A stretch of 63,523 nucleotides of DNA, the filler included, from Cercozoa sp. M6MM (Eukaryota; Protista; Endomyxa: Ascetosporea), in assembly GCA_040357565.1 (NCBI GenBank). It is 11 parts of 11 records of this genome, joined end to end, with 100 filler letters (N's around TTAATTAATTAA, not from the genome) between each part and the next. Parts side by side here need not be neighbours in the genome. Positions count along the whole stretch, not along the records: positions 40,735 to 59,801 come from JBDODJ010000219.1; positions 59,902 to 63,523 come from JBDODJ010001380.1; 9 more parts are not named here. One strand, 5' to 3'. Position 1 is the first letter of the stretch. Each line of letters starts with the position of its first letter. Positions 52,738 to 63,523 of the stretch are shown piece by piece. The position numbers and the translations under genes were made by a program. The notes below the pieces were generated by a model. It had not been told where the DNA came from and did no database searches. It saw only the letters and a program-made list of their open reading frames with translations.

Positions 52738-54553
52738 TTAACATGTTGTAGTTGAAATGTTGAATTCCTGAATTAGAATTTCGAAAATAGTCGTCATCCT
52801 ACATGCGCATCGCAACATCATAAAGCAACGTTGCACCATCCCCCTGTTGTGCGACTTGATGTGAAGGTTGATGAAGACATGGGTTTTCGTCGCTGGGGAT
52901 TCATCATGAAACTCGTCGGTCGGGTCCTCATGTGACACGTAACTTGATGTGCACCAATAGGCCATCGGCCGCAGTTCGCGAAAATGTAAGTTTACTGCCA
53001 TAAAACCACCATAAACTTACAGTTGCACTGGTATTGCAGCATCCCGACTGAACGTCGATTCGGAGAGTAGGCTCGCCATTTGTCGGTCTAGTAAGCAAAC
53101 TACAACTTACAATACAAATCAGTATAATCGATACCTGTATGATGTATGATGGTTTTGGCTTCAATGTGCTGGGCGCATATGCCGTCCCTCTGCCATGCAT
53201 ATCACTTGAAACAGTGCTTCTTCACTGCGAATGAAGTCTTTGCCAAGCCCAGTTGATTCCTGAATTTCACCCACACGACGCTTTCGGCAGACGAACTGGA
53301 CAACCCGGAGTATTCGTGGAGTTGCTTGTCGTGAGGGCGAAGAAGTTCGGAATGCCATAATGAGCGGCCCATCGTTCGGAAAAGCTCTGTCGAACGTGAA
53401 TCGGTCAAAAGCGTCTAACTGCTGTAAACAACGCATAGAAATAAGCAGACAAGCTCAGAGCCTGACTTAAAAGAACTACGCTAGAATGAGTTAAATTTTT
53501 TAACAAGAAATTCAGCGTGGAAGTCCGTAGTTCTATGATGTTCTGCATTGTGGTTTGTTCTTTCTATAGTCTTTATTTGGTCAAGCCTAAACTTGCACGT
53601 GAAGCTCGTCATCAAACGATGGAATCGATCGAACAGGCTGCTCAACGTCCACAACGTCCTCTTAGCCAACAACAACAACAAAACAAACAACGGACATCAA
53701 GGGAGGCAATGTCGTCGTTTGACAGCAGGTGCGACCATTGGTTGCGCAGAAACGCGAGGCGCGAGCAGTTTCCGCCAGAAATTTTGTGTTGCTGCTGCAA
53801 CAGCTTTTGTTGTTGTATTTGCTGCCGTTTGTGCTGAAGCGATTGCTCCTGCAAAAGCTCCTGCAGGCGCGAAACCTCTCGTTGCTGTTGGAGCTTTTGT
53901 TGCAGCAATTGCTGCTGTTTTCGTTGCAGCAATTGCTGCTGTTTTTGTTGCAACAATTGCTGCTGCTCGTGAAACTGCTGCAGCTGCTCTTGAAATTGCT
54001 GCAGCTGCTCTCGACGCCGCTGCTGCAGCTTGAACTCACGTTGGCGTAGGTCATCTTGCAGCGCCTCGTTCTTCACGTCGAGCTCTTGCGCGCGCTGCTG
54101 CAGCAGCCCGTCCCTCGCCTTGAGGGCCGCCTCACGCTCCGTTAGCACGGTTTCACGTCTCCGAACTCGGGCCTCGTCCGCCTCGACGTTCGCCGCTCGC
54201 GCGTTGAGCGCGTTCTCTCGCTCCGCGATGGCGGCCTGACGTTTTTCCAAGTCGACGCACGCGCACGCCATCGTTTGCGTCGCCGCAGTCTCCGTCGGCA
54301 CTGGCCAGCTTTCTGGCTCTCCGGGAGCATCTCTAAAACGAGAGCTCCTCTTACTATCGCCTGGCCTCCTCATCAACGTCATCCTGAAGCGGACGGCGCT
54401 CTTGCTAGCTTCTGCCGCCGACGCATGCGCGGCCGGCTGGCGCTTCCGGCGTTTACGCTCGCGGCCTCTCGCGCATGAGCGCCGCTTTGCCGGCGACACA
54501 TCGACGACGTGCCTTGGACGTTTCGCGCGGCTAAACGGCGCGTTCTCCCTCAC
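52738..54553 (-). CDS. Hypothetical coiled-coil/Q-rich protein; downstream exons uncertain
   Basis: 303-aa ORF 53642..54553 with heptad-like and poly-Q segments; shorter minus-strand ORFs follow. Confidence 0.45.
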
Positions 54554-55118
54554 TAAGTCGCCCTCTGAGTCTATTACGGCATCGCACCTCAGTCTATCGG
54601 GCTCGCTATCGCTATCGCTGACGACTGCACATTATTCGCGATCGAGGATAAAACCCGGTGCAGACACGACACGACAAAACCAACCAACGAAAAAACGCGA
54701 AAGCCCAGAACAGATTTTGCCTCAGTCCACCGGAGTCTTAAAGAGGAGCTAACTCACCAGCTGAAGACCGAAAAACGTTACTCCAGCTCATGCTGCACGA
54801 CAAAGAAATGGAGACGAGCCCGCGAGCTACAAGTGGCCCGGTGGCTCCAAAACCACCCGCAAAAACCAAGAGAAGTCGTAGGAAACGCTCAGCGGAATCG
54901 TCGACGGGGAACACTTTTTGCTCTCTGGGTGTCAAATTTTAGGTTTCTGGGTACACTGGACCTGGGACCGTATTTCTGTACTTTTAGTTTAAGACATACA
55001 GTATTTAAAAACGGTATGGGTCCACACAGACTGCATTGCATATGCTGGGAAGTGTCAGGGTGGTAGTGATACACTAGAAGCTTCTAGAAGTCGTGAAAAA
55101 AGCGATCGCGCGTCCAGA

Positions 55119-55690
55119 ATGTCGGAAAGTGAAATCCGGGTGCATATGCCAAAAGAGAATTCGGCGACGCTTGAGGTACCTTTGCGTCTTGTGGCGCTTG
55201 CGCAATTGGTATCTTTTGGTGTTTTTTAGGTCGATGTGTTGCCGTTTGAGATTCAATTCGACGGGGAGGCCGATGTGGAGCGTTTCTTCCGACAGCCGCA
55301 GCGGCAAGACGACAGAAATGGTGCGCGGTTTTGAGATCAGTTTTGGTTTTCAAATTTGACATATTGTCTCTTATCGCAGAATACGGCGAAAAACCACCGG
55401 AAGCGACATTTCGGGGCAAGGCATTGGACAAGCACGTGTGCGAACTCAACGACGGCGTGACTGCCATCGTGACCACCGATCAACACGAGTTCCGCGATGG
55501 TGTACGACAGTGGCACTCAAAGACCGTGTCCTCCCTCGCGTTCTATGTCGACGCGGACGAGCCCAGAACGCATCTCGACATTCAGGAACACTTTCGACTC
55601 GCTCGATTGGTACAATTGTTTCACTTCTTCCAGTTAGTTATCACGTCGTTTTTTGCGCCTCGTTTTGTCTTGTCGCAGCTCAGTCAATGA
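55119..55690 (+). CDS. RNASEH2C: Ribonuclease H2 subunit C
   Basis: VDVLPFEIQFDGEADVERFF and EATFRGKAL motifs in a small four-exon gene. Confidence 0.8.
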
Positions 55691-55974
55691 CTGTAAACGG
55701 AATTTAATGTGATTGGATGGACTGCTGAATTAAAGCTATGGAAGCCTGTTTGGCGCGCGCGGAAAAGAGCGCAAGTACTAGGAAAGAAGTTGAGTGTGTC
55801 AGAGGCGGGTGCCGCGCCGGGAATCGGTTAAGCAGCGCAGTGCCAGGGGTGCTAATGGCAAAGCTCCAGCTCAGTAAGTCGAGTCTGATACTGATGCGCG
55901 TGGTAGCTTAAGCTAGAGAGCGGCTGGTGCAGGGGAACTACTTAAAATCCTAGAAGACTCAACTAACTAACTAA

Positions 55975-57797
55975 CTAGAGAGCAGCTCGTGTCGGCGCAG
56001 CGCTTTGTTGCATCGAGACTTCCTCGATTTCTTGATTCTCTGTCTCATCGGCGTCGTCGTCCGAGTGCTCCTGCAGCGTCTCCCAGCGCTCACGCTGCTT
56101 CCGCAGAAACTTGGCGATCACCTCAGCGACGGCGTCGACGTTCTCTTGCTCGCAGTGCAGATGGTGGCCGCCTGCCCAAACCACAAGCTTTCAATTCGAA
56201 TCTCAACTGAAAGGAACTTTAAAAAAAGCAAGTGTAAAACTGAAGTTTGCCTGGAAGCATGGCCAAACGCAGGTGCACACGCTTGTTCTTGTTGATAGCT
56301 TTCACTTTCGGCTCGAAATGCTCGCGAAACTTGGCTCCAAAGCCTTCCTTACCGCCAATCACCAAGACCGGACATTGCAGGTGCCTTTCACAATCACCAA
56401 ACGGCAAGTTTCCATATGTGCGATAACCGAAGAAGCAACAAAAAGAAAGAAGCTACTTCAAAATCTGCGCTTCTGTGCCGGGCGAAGCGTGCCAGAACTC
56501 ATGATGCATTGAGAGACGAGGATCACTCTTCCAGCAGACACCGCCTGCACCAACTCTGCACACAAGCCATCTCACCGCTGGCAAGTTTTACACCCTCCGG
56601 AGAACTGACGTACGTCTTGAGTGCCTGTTGGCCCAAATGACGTGCGACCTCAGCGTTTCCCGATACGTGCGACTCGGAAATTCGGGTCAAAGCCTGACAC
56701 CATCACGATCGAACTGAACGAACAAAAATGCAAAAATCAAACAATGCACCTCTTCGCTGGACTCGTAGAAACGACGCGAACGCGGCTGTAACGCGCCACG
56801 CAGCACCCAACGGAACGAGTGCGCACGCCGACGGTCCTCTAACTTGAGTGGAATCGCTCCAACACCCGCGTTTTCAATGCTGAAAAGACAAGAAATATGA
56901 GAACAACCGCAAGAATTTTAACAGAATAATATACCAAACGAGGCCTTGAATGCCGAGTCCAGGCACCGCAGCAGCCGCAGTGCTGACGATGCTGCCTGTC
57001 GAGCAAGTTAACTTTTTGTTTTAAGCACAGTGATTAAATGAAAAGCCTTACCGAGCGAATGTGCGACAATAAATGACGGCATTGGGTGTTTCTTGTATGC
57101 GCGTGATCTTGCCCTACACCAGCATCAACAGGACTCTCGATTGGCAGGGACACAAGTGTACCGAGGGGCAACATATTCCTTGGCGTGCATCGCAGGGAAG
57201 AGCGGGAAACGTCGATCACCAAACGAGAGTTGGAACCACCGAATGAATAAACACGCGTCGGAAATGAAGTCGATCAGGTTGTACGATGACACCGATCTGC
57301 AAGCATACCAAAAAGATAAGTTGAGGTAGCAAGCTTATTGTGTGTGTACTTTGGCTGCCAGTCCGAGTCGCCGTGACCGCGAAAGTCAAGTGCCACATAG
57401 GTAAACTCATCGCTCAGTCGCGGGATCAGCAGGTCAAACTGCAACCGAAAAAAAAACTTATCAACAGCCAAAAACAAATAAAATCTGTTACCGTTCCTGA
57501 ATGATCCAAGAATCCGTGAAACATGAAAACGAGCCCTTTTGGCTCTGGTGACGGGCAGTATCTACGTTTACGCATTCAAACATCACTTATGTCCATTCCC
57601 AGTAACTTTATGATGTACCGATAGGCAAATTCGAGACCACGGTGGTGCCATTTATGAACGCGTTTCCACTAAAAACACCACATCGGCATTTGTGAGCAAG
57701 GTTACAAACTGTACAAACTGATGACAAACAAAAAAAAAAGAAAAAAGCAAAAATCCATCGATCATCGACATACCGCATTCATACGGTCGTCTGACAT
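55975..57797 (-). CDS. Alpha/beta hydrolase (serine hydrolase-like)
   Basis: FHGFLD, ALDFRGHGDS, AHSLG nucleophile elbow, LQCPVLVI, GGHHLH. Confidence 0.9.
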
Positions 57798-58087
57798 GTT
57801 TGAACGTGTCTCTATAACAAGTGCAACGCTAGAGACACACGCAAATGGTCCAAAACGACTGCTGCACGCCGGGGACGTCGCTCGTGAGATACGAGCCGAT
57901 AGTAGCTGATGATGTGAGCCGACGAGGCTGACCGGATCGTGGTTCTTTGCGAGTTCTTTAGACCTCCGACACTTGCATTATAGGTGCGCATTCCTTTTTT
58001 GGGTGGGTTGAGTAGTTTTGGGTGAGAACCCCGTGTTTCAGAACGTTTCGAGCTTCAATCACGTCTGTAGCTTGGACCGAAATTAAA

Positions 58088-58834
58088 ATGCTGGACCGCG
58101 TTTCTCAACTGGCTCGCTCGTTCGTGTGTTCTAGCTCGACGGATGCCGGCTGCACGGGTGGTTCTGCGTCTGCCAGTGGCTGGAAGGTACGGCCTTGGTT
58201 ATCAAGGCTGTTTTTTTGCAGGAAGTTGTGTTGTGTAGCCGGTGTCGATGAAGGTTGCCATCGGTGCTGTTGCTGGCTGGGTAAAGCAACTGTGACGTTC
58301 TCGTGGATAATGTGACAGAGGTTGGATTTGTGATTGTTGCAGTGCTCTGGCTACGCTTCTGCCAAGTTCGGTCAGATGGCGGCACTCTGCATTGGCGGAC
58401 TATTTGTCCTCCTGCAGGGCCTCGCCTACGCTGGCTTCATCTCGATCGACTGGTAGTTTCAGTTTCAGTTTTTTTAAATTTCTTTCACGTTGAGCAATGG
58501 CAACACAACACAGGGGTCGCGTTGAGAGCTCTGTGGCTGCTAAGATTGACCAGAGTATGTTTTTGATTCCACACTGACAGTGTATTCAGTCATTGCAATA
58601 CGCGCACTGTATCGAAACAGACGGTGACGGCAAGTTGGACGCGTCCGACCTGCGACAGATCATGCGCAAGGTTTACAATGTGCTGCAGTACAACGTGCCT
58701 GGCGCTGCTGGTAATACTGTCTCAATCGTAGCTGGTTTGACTACTGCACCCTTCCTTGATCTGCTTTGTCCGCAGGTTTCGTTCCGGCCTTCTACGCTGG
58801 CTTCAAGTCCGGCTGGACGCTTACACCCGAGTAG
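58088..58834 (+). CDS. FUN14-family mitochondrial outer-membrane protein (start uncertain)
   Basis: IGAVAGWCSGYASAKFGQMAALCIGGLFVLLQGLAYAGFISIDW...DQNGDGKLD...GF..AFYAGF. Confidence 0.88.
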
Positions 58835-59168
58835 ACGACTCGCTGTGCACGCTAAGACTAACTTGCGAGCGCAAGCACCACACTTTTGTTTGATTCGATG
58901 ACGTAAATCGCTGATGCGCTTTAAACCTCCTCAATTGGCTCTAAAATTAACGTACAGTACCAAAAAAGCATTATGAATCCTCAAAGAGCGGCAAGACTGC
59001 TTGGGGAACAAGCCGCACCCTTAACTAGACGCAACCAAGTCATCAGCCTCTTGAACGCGACAAGTGCTCTCACACGCGTGTTTGCTTAACGTTAAGGTGT
59101 GCTAGCTGTGCAGCGCCTCATCTTTGCTATTATTCTCTTTTCTGTTTTGTGCAGACTGCAGCGAGGCC

Positions 59169-59710
59169 ATGAGCTTCTACAGTCTGTTGCCGGCCTTCGG
59201 CATGTTTGGTATCGGCGCCCTTATCCTTAAGGGCGCCTACCCGTTTTTGTGGACGGCCATGCTGGGTGACTACTACGACAACGTGCGTTTCTCCTTCCCT
59301 CTTCTGCAACAATTTATATTCCGTGTGTTGTGCTCGTTTGCAGAAGAAAGGTGCCGTGATGTGTACCGAAATGGACGGTGGCCGTCACAACGTACGTTGC
59401 TGCATTGTCTGCTCGAGCGCTGCGGTTGCATAGCTTTTTTTTTCGAGCAGTACAGTTCGATGCGTGACAACGCCCTCTACAAGAACCACTGGTCCGTTCT
59501 TGTGCTTCTTTTGTGTTGTGACCTGCGAGCTTGAATCTTTCGCAGGAGAAATGAGGGTCACAAGTACCCACTCGGTCCGTGGTACCACGCGGACGGCAAG
59601 ACGTAGCTTGGCTTTTAAAAAAGGAAATACAAGCACTCGAACTTCACATCCTTTGTTTGCAGTTTCGAGGCGCACGAGTACACGAAATACGACCGCGTGC
59701 GTATTTTTGA
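59169..59710 (+). CDS. Complex I MWFE/NDUFA1-like small subunit
   Basis: MSFYSLLPAFGMFGIG single N-terminal hydrophobic segment and SMRD motif; about 100 aa in five exons. Confidence 0.55.
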
Positions 59711-59758
59711 AGCAGTCAAGCTGCGCAACCCGGCTGCCGAGTTGGTAGAGTCTGCTTA

Positions 59759-59801
<43 letters not shown>

Positions 59802-59901
59802 NNNNNNNNNNNNNNNNNNNNNNNNNNNNNNNNNNNNNNNNNNNNTTAATTAATTAANNNNNNNNNNNNNNNNNNNNNNNNNNNNNNNNNNNNNNNNNNN
59901 N

Positions 59902-59948
<47 letters not shown>

Positions 59949-59961
59949 TATGTGTGTGTAC

Positions 59962-60262
59962 CTGGTCCCAGCATGTGCGGTGAAATCTGTGTCCACACGC
60001 TGTCTCAAAATCGCCGGCTGTTCCCGCTTCGACAAAGAAAACGAGAATTCGATTCACGTGTCGATATCACCGGTACGAGTAAAATAGGTCACTCAATACC
60101 ATTTGCCTGACGCAACGACACCAAGCAGATAGCACAAGTTGGCGCAGAGCTCGTCGTTGACTCGGAAGAACTTCGCTGGCTACTCTGAGACCAACCGAGC
60201 CCTCGGACTCCGTTGGTGTTCACACGAGGCGGTTCGGCAGGCTCCACCATTTCAAGCGGCAT
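59962..60262 (-). CDS. RING-H2 finger protein, 5' part
   Basis: CAICLVSL...TACGHRFHRTCW after splicing one GT-AG intron. Confidence 0.85.
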
Positions 60263-60392
60263 CGTGCGAGGCGACACAGCCGCAAAAACGCTCGCAGAGA
60301 CCGTTAACTTGTTGTTTTGGAACGCCTCAGAGCCGACGCGTGCTGCGTTCGGACTTTAAGCGGACGTATCTTATGGGCTCGGCAAACTTCCG

Positions 60393-60872
60393 TGTTACCG
60401 CAGCCCTCCCAGACAGGGATCAGGCCTTGGTAAATTAAGGGTACTTTGCCAGTGATACAAAAAAAAAACTAAGGAACGTAATAAAGTCTGTTCTTGGAGG
60501 AAGAGTGTTTGAAAGAGTGAGTTACCCCAACGGTTCAGTTGGGCAAAGCACTTGTGGTGGACGGGACAGTCACCCGTCAGATGGGAATTGAGTTGGAAGT
60601 AAAGAAAAGAAGGGCCTGGAAAGGCAGAGGACAGGTAGAAGCGAAGACAACTGGTCCTGGAGAGATCAGATTACCTGGTCGAGAGAGAGCCCTTCTTTGA
60701 GTCCAGCTGCAAAAAGCTTGCTCAAGGCTTCCCTACTCAAACACAGGTGTTCCACAGGGACTGAAGCTCTCAGTAGACCAGCGAACACGTCAAAATCTTC
60801 CACACCTCTTTTGAGGATTTTTTTAAGTTGTTGGGTTGCTTCCGCGCGGATACAGTAGTTCATGCTGTAACA
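60393..60872. mobile_element. Interspersed repeat copy 3, 480 bp, with TG...CA inverted termini and 4-bp TSD
   Basis: Ends TGTTACCGCA / TGCTGTAACA (9 of 10 inverted match). TCCG flanks both sides (60389-60392 and 60873-60876). Confidence 0.85.
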
Positions 60873-61093
60873 TCCGGCCGAGTGAAACTCGATAATGTGC
60901 TTTAGACATCGTTGTAAATTAATAGAGCTAAGCTACGACTACGCGTAGTGTATGCGTGCGAGTAGAAGGGTCTTTGATTTCGTTTGTGTATTTTTGGCTC
61001 GAACTCCTGCATGTACGCGTGTGTGTGCAGGCAGATAAGGCACGCACACACACGGCACGCCGCGGGTGTAGCTGTGGCTGTAGCTGTGGCAGT

Positions 61094-62259
<1,166 letters not shown>

Positions 62260-62620
62260 GACTAACACCGGTTCCTCTGCTCACACGTAGCTAGTTTGGC
62301 TGGGGACTCTCTCTACGGCTCCTGCAGCGCTTTCCGGTAGCCTTATTTTTTGTGCGAATGCTGAGCCCAGAAGGGCCGAACAGCCACCGTCACATTCGTC
62401 CATTTTGGCCCTGCTGATCCAACAGCAAAAAAGTTGGTTTTGCAACTTTGAGGCCAACGAGGCACAGGCCTGCTTGCTTTTTGTAGTGTACACGCTGCTG
62501 ATCGCACTGGAGCGCGTTTCTAGGGAAGCGATTTCCAATCACAAACAGCAGAACACGCAAGAGTCAGTTGGGAGGCCGCTGTCCGGAAGCCACACCGCGT
62601 GATAGATCGAGAAAAAAGAC

Positions 62621-63450
62621 ATGGTGGCAGCACCGCCGGTGGCGCAGCAAATATCGCCGCAGCAGGAGCGGTGTTCAATGCTGCTGAGTCCGTTCGTGGA
62701 CCAGGAGGGCAAGCAGTTGCGGTACTCGGCGGAAGCACTGGCCAGCGACATCGAGAAGGGCACTGACGAGCAGCGCGAAGGTGTGTCTCCTGTCAAGACA
62801 GGGTTGTTTGTGATAGCAGTGTCTTGCTGGGTCGGTAGCCGCGCTGAAGTACGCGCTGTGCTCGGGCAATATCGAGGTGCTGCAGCGACTGGTGCTGCCG
62901 GTGATCAAGTTCTGTCCGCTGTCGCGCTCCAAGCTGCTCAAGGTGGCTTCCCCCGCCCCCGCCCTGCCTCAATCCTTACCTTCCCTTTATTCCTATACTC
63001 TTTACCCCCCATTTTACCCCGCTCTTACCCTCCATTTTAACCCTAACCCCTTTGGCAGAAACTGGCGCTGCTGTTCTGGGAGGTGGTGCCCAAGACGGAC
63101 GCACAAGGCCAGTTGCTGCCGCAGATGCTGCTGGTGTGTCAGGGCCTGCTGAGTAACCTTCAGTCGCCCAACGAGTTTGTTCGTGGTTCCACCTTGCGAC
63201 TGCTGTGCAAGTACGCTTGTTTTACCCCCTCAGCTTGTACCTTTGTACATATATGTAAATAAATAAATAAATATTTATATATATATATATATTATGTATT
63301 ATAACCCGGCAGACTGAGCGAACGCGACATAGTGCAGCACCTAGTGCCCGCCATTGTGGAGAACCTGCGGCACTCGCACTCGTACGTCCGCAAGAACGCG
63401 CTGCTGTGCGTCATGGCCGTCGTTGTCGAACGCGGCTGGAGCGACATGAT
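62621..63450 (+). CDS. COPB1: Coatomer subunit beta (5' part)
   Basis: [59 protein letters not shown]. Confidence 0.96.
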
Positions 63451-63523
63451 GTACTACTTGGGTGAAGGGGGTAGACAGGGGTAGGGGTAGACGGGGGGTA
63501 GACAAGGGGGTAAACGGGGTGGT

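Overview
Eukaryotic, protist-like, gene-dense and intron-rich nuclear DNA. The window is not contiguous: it is 11 contigs joined by artificial 100-nt N/TTAATTAATTAA spacers, and nearly all contigs break inside simple-sequence repeats. Splicing by eye (almost all GT-AG) recovers EMC2, URM1, NDUFA9, PLRG1, an FtsJ-like methyltransferase, DNA polymerase eta, COPB2, a BEACH protein, a UFD2/UBE4-like protein, thymidylate synthase, an ABCF ATPase, DEGS, SCO1, pantothenate kinase, SmD2, an SLC35B transporter, an RGS protein, a CdsA-type cytidylyltransferase, RNase H2C, an alpha/beta hydrolase, FUN14, an NDUFA1-like protein, a RING-H2 protein, RAB7, COPB1 and several orphans. The standard genetic code fits. 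The most unusual signals are three. (1) Short introns are filled with a shared, largely strand-specific vocabulary of degenerate motifs (TTACCCC/TACCC, TGGAC, TGGCTACA, GATCACTGATC). (2) 5' splice sites are dominated by GTAC/GTAG and usually lack +5G, and one is a GCAC-AG intron. (3) A three-copy interspersed element looks like a LINE 3' end, yet one copy has TG...CA inverted termini and a 4-bp target-site duplication. All calls are by eye without database searches. Lineage cannot be fixed from this window and orphan gene boundaries are approximate.
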